Assembly: GCA_012295275.1 (NCBI GenBank)
Contig: CM022677.1
Location: 19,592,001-19,656,000, forward strand
Reading direction: 5' to 3'
DNA length: 64,000 nucleotides
Origin: Chrysomallon squamiferum
Lineage: Eukaryota; Animalia; Mollusca
Part shown: in pieces, positions 13,228 through 31,204 of the stretch
Position numbering within the stretch: the first letter of the stretch is position 1
How the letters are laid out: each line of letters starts with the position of its first letter
The notes under the pieces: generated by a model
Seen by the model: only the letters and a program-made list of their open reading frames with translations
What the model was told of the DNA's origin: nothing
Databases searched by the model: none
Made by a program: the position numbers and the translations under genes

Positions 13228-14364
13228 AATAAATAAATAAATAATATCTGTTTATTTTTTTTAATCTCCGGAAGTCGGAAGCGATCCTATCTTCGTCTGT
13301 TATCGTTCGTCTTCGGTTTTACATCGTATAAATAAATACCATTACGTCAACAACAATACAACGACGTCATTAAGACAATTGAAACTGGGAACAGAAATCT
13401 GACGTTTTGCACAGTATCAAGAAATATAGAGGCTTTCAAAAACTGAACAGGGAAACAAAAATAAATAATCCTTCAAAAAATACATAGCAGTGAATAGAGT
13501 GTATTCATTCGTGAAATAATCAAACATTTATGAACAGTAATTAAAAGGAGCAGTGCAGGAATAAGTGAAAATAAGGAGAGACAATATTCATGTGGACAAT
13601 TCCACTGTGACGGACGATATATTCAGACGGGTTGGAGGTATTTCTATCTGACCTGATTTCTAATGTCCAGGAATTAGGCCCTGTATAAGAGACGTAACTG
13701 TGACAAGATTAGTTTGTTGTCATGGAGAAAATATATGTGTGGGTTAATAGATAATTCGAAATATGAGCGGTCGGATTTTACAGTAAAAGGGCACTGGTGA
13801 AGATTTTAACTTCATTAAAAAAAAAAAAATAATTGTTTGAAATTTAATGGTCTTATGTCAGAAGTATGATTAATCACAATGGGGAACACTCTTCATTATA
13901 ATTTATCATTCGCCAGAATCAGTGACCATCTTCCAAGAGGATTTCCTCTGATGTTTGAGGCATCGTTTAAATTTCTTTTTAATCCTAACCACCGATGTGT
14001 TTATGTTTCCCTGTATTGTTTTGTGAAACAGGGTGAGACTGTTTGTGTGTTTATGTGTGTATGTTTGTTAGTGTGCAGGTGAATGTGTATATGTTAGTGT
14101 TTGATGTAAATGTATGTTTGTTTGTGTGTGTGCGTGTGTGAACGAGAGAGACAGAGGGAGAACGATAGTGTGTGTATATGAGTGTAAGTCTGTATTTTAA
14201 AATCAAGAATGAGAACTATACCCTACAACAGCTGCACCTAACAACAAGTTCATATTACTATGATAACTATTTTGCTGAAAATATGAAATGAATAAAACAT
14301 ATTTTATTACATTCATAACAAAGTGATGCTATAGTATATTACATAGTATTCTGTGAAGATATAT

Positions 14365-14493
<129 letters not shown>

Positions 14494-14851
14494 TATAAAT
14501 ACATTATATAATGTTTCTCTTAAATAGTGCATCATATTTGCAAGAAAGACGTCAGGCAGGCGTTACCATAGTTATACATTAATACCGTGTGACGTTAACA
14601 TCACGTAATGTCCAAAATTATGACGTCATAATACTTGGACATAATTACACGATCTCTCTCTCTCTTCTCTTTCTTCTTACTTTTGTACCTGGTGATGCTA
14701 TTATTGTTCTTTAAACTGTGTCGGTTGCTGCTGTTGCTTTTGTTGTTGTTATTGTTATTACTATTGCTGTTGTTGTTATTATTATTATTATTATTATTAT
14801 TTCAGAGAAAGAAAAAGAAAAATGTAAGATATATAATATTTTATTTTCTGA

Positions 14852-17090
<2,239 letters not shown>

Positions 17091-17359
17091 GATTCTTATT
17101 TTAGCAGAAACAGCCTTCTGATCCTTTTTATTGAAAACGAAATCAAAGAGGTGAAAATTAACTGACGTCACATATTACGTGTAAGCACAGCTGTTGTTTG
17201 CAAGTTAAACCTGTTTTAATTATAAAATCTGTATGTGTGAGAAAGAGATGTTAAACTACTCATGAAAACGAAATCAAGAAGGTGACAATGACCTAACGTC
17301 ACACGTATGTATGTACGTGTAAGCACAGCTGTTGTTTTTTAAGTTAAAACTGTTTTAAT

Positions 17360-17448
<89 letters not shown>

Positions 17449-18236
17449 ATATATCTTCACAGATAGCCTAATACGTCGATTGTGATCGACCGGTGGAGCT
17501 AACCTAGTGTGGGTAGATTGCGCACCTTTCACTACAAGTCATCAGGGTAAAGTGATCATAAATGTATTCAGTTGTATTGTGCTGTAAGGTTCATCCAGTG
17601 ATGCAAGGTGCACCAACATACATTGATTACATAAAGTATACTCAGTATATATACAAATAAATATACATGTATTTAGCATTTTTTAATACAGAGCGATCAT
17701 TTTGACCTGGTCGTTTTGAAAGTAGCTCTCAAGCTGGAAAGGTGTGAGCACTCCTGGCAGTGCTGTGTATTTTACTTGTGTCACGAATGTAACATATGTT
17801 TTTTGAGGTGCAGCAGCTGTTGTCATTCTTGACTTTAAAATACAGATAAAACACACACTTCAGTCACGTAATCACACAGTTAGTGTTGATCGTCATTCCT
17901 CTATAACATGAACCTCTCGTGTTGCCACCTCGAGAGTCATAATCAGAGTGTATAATCAGACAGACAGACCAAAAAAAACAAAACATACAACTAACGTGCT
18001 AACCATATCGAGGTGTTGCGAAACACGTCTACGACAGGCACGGTCTCTGACAAATACAGGATGTGTCTGTCGCAGATATCTGATCGACTGGTGATTGATG
18101 AGTGAACTGCGTGCAGTGTCAGTGCCAAACGGTAAATAGTTTATATAGCCTGTGGTTTTATCAGAATCTTTTCATGTGCACCATTAACTGAGCCTTTCTT
18201 TTACAGAAACATATGACGATAGATAGACAGACAGAC

Positions 18237-18309
<73 letters not shown>

Positions 18310-18616
18310 CAGATAGATAGATCTAGATAGGTAGGTAGGTATATATACTACTATAGGATTCATCAGTTAGAAACAAAGGGAAACAAGGGGAGATAATACT
18401 GGTGAAACATGCATCTCTCTTAGTTACGGTGGTTAGAATTATGCCGCAGTTCAGATTATTTGAAATGTGTACTTCTAACGCAGAAACAATAAGTGAGGCC
18501 ATCAAAAGCTTTTTCTACTGCTCGATTTGTGTCTTGTCTTGGAAGATGGTCGATGTGTTCCACTGATTCTGGCGAATGATAAAATATAATGAAGAGTTTT
18601 ACTTCCACGAGTTTTA

Positions 18617-18726
<110 letters not shown>

Positions 18727-18898
18727 AACTACTGTGAAAGCATGAACTCGTATCTTGCTGTCATCACTTCTGCAAAAGAAGACGAATATCTTCGTAACCA
18801 TGTTCTGAAAATGTCAAAAAGTAAGTGAATTTATAATTATATAATTTTATTATTACAAAAAATAAATAAGATCAGTTGTAGAACACACAGACACACAC

Positions 18899-18944
<46 letters not shown>

Positions 18945-19107
18945 AACATGCACACACTAGTATATTAACTAAAATTAATAAAACAAAAACCAAACAAAAC
19001 TTAAATTTTCGCAATTTATTTTACAGCGGGTATATACTGGATCGGGGCTAATGACGTCCAAGTTGAAGGTCGTTTCCAGTGGAAACGGAATGACAACAAA
19101 TCAGAAG
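18727..19107 (+). pseudogene. Orphan lectin exon 3 plus truncated exon 4
   Basis: Exon 3 at 18727-18820 (NYCESM...KMSK) directly follows (TC)n; exon 4 starts at 19027 and breaks at ~19107 into an inverted lectin promoter. Confidence 0.85.
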
Positions 19108-19869
19108 CCTTCTGATCCTTTTTATTGAAAACGAAATAAAAAAGGTGAAAATTAATTAACGTCACATGTATGTATGTACGTATAAGCACAGCTGTTGTTT
19201 GTAACTTAAAACTGTTTTTAATTATAAAATCTGTATTTGTGAGAAAGAGATATTATACTACTCATCAAAACGAAATCAAGAAGGTGACAATTAATTAACG
19301 TCAAGTGTATGTATGTACGTGTAAGCACAGCTGTGGTTTGTAAGTTGAAACTGTTTTTAATTATAAAAACTGTACGAGTGAGTAAGAGGTGTTACATTCA
19401 TTTGTGGGTGTTTATGTGTGTGGATGGGAAACAAATATTGGAGCTTATACAGATTATTATTACATCCTGTTAGGTGGTGTGAACAGATACTGTTACTTAT
19501 TCTTTTTCTGCTTCAGTAGATCAAATGTTTAGAATTATATTTATATATAGTTAATTACGTCTAACTTTACGTTCGGTAGAATTTTAGTGAAAATTTCATG
19601 GAGTTATCGTGCGTTTAAAGGAAAAAATGAGAATTTACTGTGAGTATTTATTTTAATAAAGCTTGAAACAAGACAGCAAAACAAATGAAATTCCGAGAGC
19701 ATAAACTGGAAATACTTCGTTTTTCATGTTACCATAGTAAATATATTATCATTTTAATACCGTTACTTTTTTTTTTTTCTCATTGTCTTACTTCAGTTGT
19801 CATATACCTTGAGTATGCTCGGATGCTATTTATTACTTTTTTTTTCCCATTAGAATCACTTCAAGTATT

Positions 19870-19906
<37 letters not shown>

Positions 19907-21249
19907 GTAGTGTTGGTGCTTTAAGGCAGTATGACGTCATAGGCTAGGACTCGTCTTCCAGATGACGTATTTTTCATCTATCCGGTACATTTTCAATTAG
20001 CGTTTTTGTAAATTATGTTTTCTTCACGATTTTATTAAAAATGAGAGACAAAAAGGGCCAGAAGAAAGCACCGCCCCTAAAAGGCAAGAAAGGTAAAAAA
20101 AAAAAATCAGTTTTTAAACTTACAATAAATTGTTTTTCAGTAATAAAATACAGAGAGGCAAAATGATAAAGAATTTTTCGTGTGTCTGAAAACGTTTTCT
20201 AGGCAGGCTGTATCAAACGTTATTTCAAATGAAATATTAAAACTCTTCACTATATTTTATCATTAGCCAGAATCACTGGAACACATTGACCATCTTCCAA
20301 GACAAGACACAAACCGAGCAGCTCCTCTGATGTTTGAGGCAGAAGAAAAAGCTTTTGATGGACTCGTTTAGTTTTTCTGTGTTAGAGGTACACATTTCAA
20401 ATACACTGACCTGCGGCTTAACCCTAACAACCGTAACTAAGAAAGATACATGTTTCAATATTGTTATCTCCCCTTGTTTCCCTGCAGCCCAGACGTAACA
20501 TTTTACAACAGTTTTAACTGATCATTTCCTATAACATCAGCGTATCCTAGAGTAGTGTATATAGCTACATACCTATCTAGATATACCTTTAAGTGAAAGC
20601 CTCACTTGATGTTTCTGGAAAAGAAAGGCTCACGTGATTTAAAAGAAAGGATTACGTGATGTTTCTCGGTCTGAGGTGCATTTATAGGAAAATTAAATTC
20701 TCATGACATTTGCAAAGGTAATTTATTATTATTTTTATTATTTTTTTATTTTATTTATTTATTTACTTCGGGTTTGTTGGAGAGTGTATTTGTTTATGTC
20801 TGTGTAAGTGTGAGTATGTGTGTGTGTATTTCAGTATGTGTGTGTTCTTGTTTGTGAAACGGCGTGAGACTGTGTGTTTATGAGTATACGTGTGGATATA
20901 TGTTTGTTAGTGTGCAAGTGAATGTGTATTTGTTAATGTTTGCTGCAAATGTATGCTTGTTGGTATGTGTGCGTGTGTATGTGAGTGCATGAGTGTATGA
21001 GTGACTGTGTGCATCTGAGTTTGTGTGTACATGTGAGTGAAACTGTGTGTTTTCTTTTGTATAATTTTTATTCTATATTTTAAAATCAAGAATGACAAAT
21101 ATATCTCACACCAGCTACATCTAACAACAACAAGTTCATATTACTACAACGTGGGCAGCAGCGAAATAGATAAAACATATTAAGTTACATTCATAGCACA
21201 CTAACACAGTACTGTATTACATAGTATGTGTGAAGATAAATTTACCCCC

Positions 21250-21284
<35 letters not shown>

Positions 21285-21582
21285 ATAATATAAATACATT
21301 ATATAATGTTTCTCTTAAATAGCGCATCATATTTGCATGAAAGACGTCAGGCAGGCGTTACCATAGTTATACATTACTCCCGTGTGACGTTAACATCACG
21401 TGATATCCAAAATTATGACGTCATAAAACTTGGACATAATTACACGATCTCTCTCTCTCTTCTCTTTCTTCTTATATTTTGTGCCTCCTGATGCTATTAT
21501 TGTTCCTGCAACTGTGGTGTTGCTGCTGTTGCTTTTGCTGTTGTTATTTTTATTACTATTGTTGTTATTATTATTATTATTA

Positions 21583-21628
<46 letters not shown>

Positions 21629-21658
21629 GATTATTATGATTATTATTATTATTATTTG

Positions 21659-22340
21659 TCACAAAGAAAAAAGATGAATGAAAGACATAAAATATTTTAT
21701 TTTAAGATTATTCTTTACAGACGTTCGTTTTTGTTCACATATGAATCTTATCTTGTGCCAGCATGGTTCATCATTCCATCTGTAACCATATACGCCCTTT
21801 AATTCCACACAGTTTTCATGTCCTCCGTAGTTACTGGGTTGACCCGAATCCCAATTGGTATAGCTCAAATCTTTCGATTTGTTGTCATTCTGTTGCCATC
21901 GGAAACGACCTTCAACTTGGATGTCATTAGCCCCGATCCAGTATTCATCCGCTGATAAATAAATTGCCAAAATTTGGGTTTTCTTTCGTTCTTGCTATTA
22001 ATTTTAATATACTAATATGTGTGTGTTTGTATCTTTGTGTGTGTGTGTGTGTGTATATTTGTGTGTATGTTTGTGTGTGTTTCTGTTTGTATTCTACAAC
22101 TGCCCTTATTTATTTTTTTACGTTTTTATTTAATTATATAATTATAAATTCAGACTTACTTCTTGACTGTTTCAGAAGATGATTACGAAGATACTGGTCT
22201 TCTTTGGCAGAAGTGATGACAGCAAGATAGGAGTTCATGCTTTCACAGTAGTCCTGAGAAACAACAACGACGACGACGACAATAAATATAATAATAATAA
22301 TTATTATAATATTCTATCATCACCACCATCACTAGCAGCA

Positions 22341-22375
<35 letters not shown>

Positions 22376-22410
22376 GAAATCAACGAGAGAGAGAGAGAGA
22401 GTTAGAGAGA

Positions 22411-22504
<94 letters not shown>

Positions 22505-22505
22505 C

Positions 22506-22536
<31 letters not shown>

Positions 22537-22722
22537 CTCACCTTTGCGTCAATCCACGTAGCTGTCGCAGATTTACGGGAAAACCAGTAGCAACTTTTGT
22601 CATAACGAATGAAACCAGATTGGCAGATTCCGGCATCTTAATAAAATAAAAAATTTAAAAAAATGTTATGTCTCAAATTTTATATTAAACACACTCACAT
22701 AGACACGAGAGCGCCTACAACG

Positions 22723-22777
<55 letters not shown>

Positions 22778-23194
22778 ACAGTCACACCCACCTAAAACAA
22801 AAAATATTGAAAAATGATACAAATACACAAATAGAAAGTTAACGTAAACAGACACCCCAAAAACACAGAACCAGAAATTAAGCACGAATTAAGACGTTTT
22901 AAAACATACAAAGCAACTAAAACAGATTTCAGATCTTCGTGGTACTTTTGCTGTTACTAATGCTACTGCATCTATTGCTACTTTAATACTAATTCTACTG
23001 TTAAAACCAATTCTCTGCAATGATTACCTTACTAATACTATTACTACCACTACTTATTATATAAAATATAGATTCTTTCAAAATAATATAATGCATAAAG
23101 CCCTTTTGTTCATTAAAAATTTATATGTAAAAGTAAATTTACCTGCACACTGCAAAACTGAGACGAAGACGACGATTAAAACGTAAACGTTCAT
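21659..23194 (-). CDS. Secreted C-type lectin (perlucin-like), copy 2, intact with extended C-terminus
   Basis: Exons 23143-23194, 22542-22636, 22160-22253, 21659-21951; QPSNYGGHENC...WND. Confidence 0.9.
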
Positions 23195-23906
23195 GATTTT
23201 TATTTTAGCAGAAACAGCCTTCTGATCCTTTTTATTGAAAACGAAATGAAAAAAGGTGAAAATTAATTAACGTCACATGTATGTATGTACGTATAAGCAC
23301 AGCTGTTGTTTGTAACTTAAAACTGTTTTTAATTATAAAATCTGTATGTGTGAGAAAGAGATATTATACTACTCATCAGCTGTGGTTTGTAAGTTGAAAC
23401 TGTTTTTAATTATAGAAACTGTACGAGTGAGTAAGAGGTGTTACATTCATCTGTGGGTGTTTATGTGTGTGGATCGGAAACAAATATTGGAGCGTAAACA
23501 GATTATAATTATATCCTGTTTGGTGGTGTGAACAGATACTGTTACTTATTGCTTTTCTGCTTCAGTAGATTAAATGTGTACAATTATATTGATATAGAGT
23601 TAATTACCTCTAACTTTACGTTCGGTACAATTATAGTGAAAATTTCATGGAGTTATCGTGCGTTTAATGGAAAAAATGAGAATTTATTGTGAGTATTTAT
23701 TTTAATAAAGCTTGAAACAATAGAGCAAAATAAATGAAATTCCGAGAACATCAACTGGAAATACTTCGTTTTTCATGTTATCATAGTAAATATATTATCA
23801 TTTTATTACAATTTTTTTTTTCTCTCATACTCTTACTTCAGTCGTCATATACCTTCAGTATGCTAGGATGCTATTTTTTACTTTTTTTCCCCATTAGAAC
23901 CACTTC

Positions 23907-23942
<36 letters not shown>

Positions 23943-24984
23943 TAGCCGTAGAGTTAGTGCTTCAAGGCAGCATGACGTCATACCTAGACCTCGTCTTCCA
24001 GATGACGTATTTTACATATATCCGATACAGTTTCAATTAGCGTTTTTGTAAATTATGTTTTCTTCAAGATTTTATTAAAAATGAGAGACAAAAAAGGCCA
24101 GAAGAAAGCGCTGCCCCAAAAAGGCAAGAAAGAAAAACAAAAATCAGTAAGTTTTTAAACTTAAAGCGATTTTTTATATATATTTTTTAATTACGTACAG
24201 AGAGGCAAAATGTTAAAGTATTTTTCACGTATCTCAAAACGTTTTCTAGACAGACTGTATCAAACGTTATTTGAAATTAATTTCTTTTTCTGTGCAGTGT
24301 TCAGCTTGCCGTTTTCTCTTATTATCAGTTGCTAGATTCTAGTGAAATTATCTTCACTGCAATTAAAAGTAACTGAAAAGAGCAGAAAATTACTAGTAAA
24401 ATAAATGAGAAATCTGATATTTTTCAGAATTGATAATTCAAAATCTTATAAGAAAAAAATATTAAAAAAAAGAACAAATAATAATAATGATAATAAAAAG
24501 CAACAGTAACAATAACAACAACAACAACAACACCCCCAATTGAAAAAATCCCAGTTATATATTTGCTGACGTGTCCAACACTTCCGAAAAAGTGGGAACT
24601 TCCGGAATACATCGATTGTTTTAGGAGTTTTGCTTAAATAAGTAAGTAAGTAAGTAAGTAAGTAAGGCAGAAGAGAAAGCTTTTGATGGCCTCGTTTAGT
24701 TTTTCTGTGTTAGAGGTACACATTTCAAATACACTGACCTGCGGCTTAACTCTAACCACCGTAACTAAGAGAGATGCATGTTTCAATATTGTTATCTCCC
24801 CTTGTTTCACTGCAGCCCAGACGTAACATTTTACAAAAGTTTTAATTGATCATTTCCTGTAACGTGAACGTATCCTAAAGTAGAGTATATAGCTACATAC
24901 CTATCTGGATATATCTATATCTGTATTTACAGATATTATATCTACGTCTGTCTATAACTCTGACTGTCTATCTATCTATCTATG

Positions 24985-25019
<35 letters not shown>

Positions 25020-25028
25020 GTATCTATG

Positions 25029-25160
<132 letters not shown>

Positions 25161-25194
25161 CATCTATCTGATGCCAATATGTCACATGGTTGCT

Positions 25195-25270
25195 AATTTT
25201 CAAATTAATCTTCACAAATGTTAACTTTTTGTTCACATATGAATCCCAACTGCATCCACCATCGTTCATC
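25195..25270 (-). pseudogene. Inserted 3' fragment of a lectin exon 4 (DERWWMQLGFICEQKVNICED*)
   Basis: The reverse strand translates as a lectin C-terminus; it interrupts GTTGCT^GCAAAAG, which is uninterrupted at 32343. Confidence 0.8.
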
Positions 25271-25515
25271 TGCAAAAGAAAGGCTCACGTGATTTGAAAG
25301 AAAGGCTCTCGTGATTTGAAAGAAAGCCTCACGTGATTTAAAAGAAAAGCTCACGTGATTTAAAAGAAAGCCTCACGTGATTTTAAAGAAATGCTCACGT
25401 GATTTAAAAGAAATGCTCACGTGATTTAAAAGAAAGGAACTCGTGATTTAAAAGAAAGGCTCACGTGATTTAAAAGAAAGGCTCACGTGATTTAAAAGAA
25501 AGGCTCACGTAATGT
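25271..25515. promoter_or_regulatory. 22-bp tandem repeat x11 carrying the palindromic E-box TCACGTGA
   Basis: Unit AAAGAAAGGCTCACGTGATTTA; shorter arrays at ~20595-20660, 32350-32460, 33024-33115, 56066-56180, 56740-56870. Regulatory function is inferred. Confidence 0.6.
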
Positions 25516-25621
25516 TTCTGGATGTGAGGTGCTTTTATAGCAAAAATAAAGTTCTCATGATATTTGTAAAGGTAATGTTTTTTTTTTTTTTTTTTTTTTT
25601 TTTCATTTAATTTCATTTCAT

Positions 25622-25660
<39 letters not shown>

Positions 25661-25678
25661 TATATTTTTTCATTTCAT

Positions 25679-25733
<55 letters not shown>

Positions 25734-26250
25734 TTTTTTTATTTATTTATTTATTTATTTATTTATATATTTTTTTATCATTATTTTTTTTTTTTATTTC
25801 GGGTTTGTTGAAGAGTGTATTTGTTACTGTATGTATATATGTGAGTTTTTGTTTTCCGAAACTGCGTGTGACTGTGTGTTTATGTGTATATACGTATGTG
25901 TGTTTGTTAGTGAGCAAGTGAATGTGTATTTGTTAATGTTTGCTGCAAATGTATGCTTGTTAATATGTATGCGTGTGTTTGTGCGTGCGTGAGTGTGTGA
26001 GTGAGTGACTGTGTGCATCTGAGTTCGTTTGTATATGTGAGTGTAAGTGTGTGTTTGCTTTTGTATAATTTTTAATCTGTATTTTAAAATCAAGAATGAC
26101 AAATATATCTCACACCAGCTACATTTAAGAACAACAAGTTCATGTTACAAGTACGGGGGCAGCAGCGAAAAATATATGAAATAGATATTATGTTACATTT
26201 ATAACACAGTAATGAAATATCATATCACATAGTATTATGTGAATAGATAT

Positions 26251-26622
<372 letters not shown>

Positions 26623-26689
26623 GTCTCACTCTCTCTCTCCCTCTGTCTCTCTGTCTCTCTCTCTCTCTCTCTCTCCCTCTGTCCCTCTG

Positions 26690-26813
<124 letters not shown>

Positions 26814-26885
26814 CTTGTTGCTGCTCTTGCTTTTGATTTTGCTGTTGTTATTGTTATTACTATTGTTATTATGCTTATTAATAGT

Positions 26886-26917
<32 letters not shown>

Positions 26918-26975
26918 TAGAGGTATTCACAGAGAGGAAATAGATAAATGAATTATATAATATTTTATTTTCAAA

Positions 26976-27531
26976 TTAATCTCTACAGATGTTTGCATTT
27001 TGTTCACATATGAATCCAATCTTCAACGAGCATTGTTCATCATTCCATCTGTAACCGACAGCGCCCCTTATTTCCACACAGTTCTCTAGTCCATATGCGT
27101 TATCGGGTTGATGCGAATACCAATTTGTGTAGTTCAAATCTTTTGATTTGTTGTCTTTCCATATCCACTGGAAACGACCTTCAACCTGGATGTCATTAGT
27201 CCCGATCCAATATGCATCCGCTGTTAAATAAATTGCCAAAATGTCGGTTTTCTTTCGTTTTTGCTATTAATTTTAATATACTAGTATGTGCGTGTGTGCG
27301 TGTGTGTGTGTATGTTTGTTTGTGTGTGTTTGTGTATGTTTGTATTGAGTGTTTGTTTGTGTTTGTTGGTATTCTACAACTGTTCTTATTTATTTTTCTA
27401 CGTTTTTATTTAATTATATAAATTTAAATTCACTTACTTTTTGACTCGTTCAGAACATGGTTACGAAGATATTCATCTTCTTTGTCAGAGGTGATGGCAG
27501 CAAGATAGGAGTTCATGCTTTTACAGTAGTC
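26976..27531 (-). pseudogene. C-type lectin copy 3: intact exons 3-4, no exons 1-2 in the same orientation
   Basis: Exons 27438-27531 and 26976-27220 (QPDNAYGLENC..WND..ICRD*); intron 2 ends in (GA)n at 27920-28006 with no exon 2 donor beyond it. Confidence 0.85.
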
Positions 27532-27573
27532 CTGAGAAACACCAACGACGACGACAACAACAACAACAACAAC

Positions 27574-27627
<54 letters not shown>

Positions 27628-27688
27628 TATTCTATCATTACCATCACCACTACCATCATCATCAACACCATCACGAGAAGCATATATA

Positions 27689-27865
27689 CAGGGGGGTGCA
27701 AAAGCAAGTATAAAGTTATGAAAAAAGAAAACACAGAACTCATCGCATTTATTATTCAGAAAAGCTAATCTAAAAATACATGCATTTTTATTAATTTAAA
27801 TACAGTATGGTTAATGTGCTACTGAATTCTCTGATGTGATACCACTGTATACTTACTTTTGCACA
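27689..27865. mobile_element. Second copy of the Tc1/mariner-type MITE (right terminal repeat damaged)
   Basis: TA-CAGGGGGGTGCAAAAGCAAGTATA...; internal sequence matches 15570-15752. Confidence 0.7.
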
Positions 27866-27917
27866 TACTTTTGTACATATATACATATACCAAATCGATC
27901 GATCGATCGATCGATCG

Positions 27918-28008
<91 letters not shown>

Positions 28009-28010
<2 letters not shown>

Positions 28011-28167
28011 CACTTACACTGATAACTTGCACTGGGTGTCGCGCGATCTACCCCCACGATACTGGGCGTTCCTCATACTGTGTAATACAGCACTGCAGGC
28101 GTGTCCAACTCGTCGATCGTGTGGGTAGATCGCGCGACATCCAGTGCAAGTTCTCAGTGTAAGTGAT
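28009..28167. mobile_element. Hairpin/MITE-like element with 52-bp inverted arms
   Basis: 28009-28060 matches the reverse complement of 28116-28167 with 3 mismatches; 55-bp CpG-rich loop. Confidence 0.75.
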
Positions 28168-28514
28168 CATAAATGTGTTCAGTTGTATTGCACTGTAAGG
28201 TTCATCCAGTGATGGTGTAGAGGTATGACGATCATTAAAACAGTTTTAACTTACAAACAGCAGCGGTCCTTACACGAACATACATACCTGTGATGTTAGG
28301 TCACTGTTACCTTTTTTTTCATTTCGTTTCTTAATGAGTAGTATAACATCTCTTTCTCACACATACAGTTTTTTTTAATTAAAACAGTTTTAAGTTACAA
28401 ACAACAGCTGTGCTTACACCTACATACATACATGTAACGTTAATTAATGTTCACCTCTTTGAATTCGTTTTCAATAAAAAGGATCAGAAGCCTGTTTCTG
28501 CTAAAGTAAGAATC

Positions 28515-29965
<1,451 letters not shown>

Positions 29966-30195
29966 TTTGAAAATAAAATATTATATATATATATCTTTGA
30001 TTTATCTTTTTCCTTTCTGTGAAGTAATAATAATAATAACAACAACAACAACAACAGCAAAATCAAACGCAACAACATCAATAACAGCAACAACAACATC
30101 TGCAGCAATAATAACATCATCACCAAGGACAAATTGTAAGAAGAAAGAGAAGAAAGAGAGAGAGAGATCGCGGAATTATTTACAAATGACTTTTA

Positions 30196-30373
<178 letters not shown>

Positions 30374-30457
30374 TTCGTATATATGTATATGCTTCTAGTG
30401 ATGGTGGTGATGATGATTATTATTATTATTATTGTTGTTGTTGTCGTCATCGTTGCA

Positions 30458-30517
30458 CAATGTTGGTTCAAATGGGGATTAATATGTGAACAGAAAGCGA
30501 ATATCTGTGAAGATTAA
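30458..30517 (+). pseudogene. Lectin remnant: intron-2 tail fused to the 3' end of exon 4 (QCWFKWGLICEQKANICED*)
   Basis: Translation; followed by the lectin 3' flank. Confidence 0.75.
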
Positions 30518-30569
30518 TTTGAAAATAAAATATCATATAATCTTTCATTTATCTTTTTTCTTTCTGTGA

Positions 30570-30612
<43 letters not shown>

Positions 30613-30733
30613 TCAACAACAACAACAAGAACAACAATAGTAATAACAATAACAATAGCAAAAGTAACAGCAGCAACAATAACAATAACAACAGCTGCAG
30701 CAACAATAATAGCATGACCAGGGACAAAATGTA

Positions 30734-30853
<120 letters not shown>

Positions 30854-31145
30854 GTTACCAAATATATTTGATGAAAAACTTAATTTTTGACAATGTATCA
30901 GATATTATGAGAATAAAGAGAATTTCCCACATACTTAGACTGTACTAATACAGCGATTATTTTTTTTACTAATGTGTCTTATCTTATGAATAAAAATACT
31001 ATTATATCTTCCAGACACACAAAAAGTACTACGTAGGGATGCTTCGACCTGTGATTTTGCTGATTTTCAATTAGTTTCTAAGAGCGATCTGTCTACGTAA
31101 GCAGTAGAGTCTGCATTCTGGATGTGTAGCAAATAAATAAATACA

Positions 31146-31204
<59 letters not shown>

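Noticed and set aside
13260-13800. CCGGAAGT ETS-like sites and higher-complexity sequence suggesting a promoter or exon
   Set aside because: No open frame, splice pattern or recognisable protein could be established
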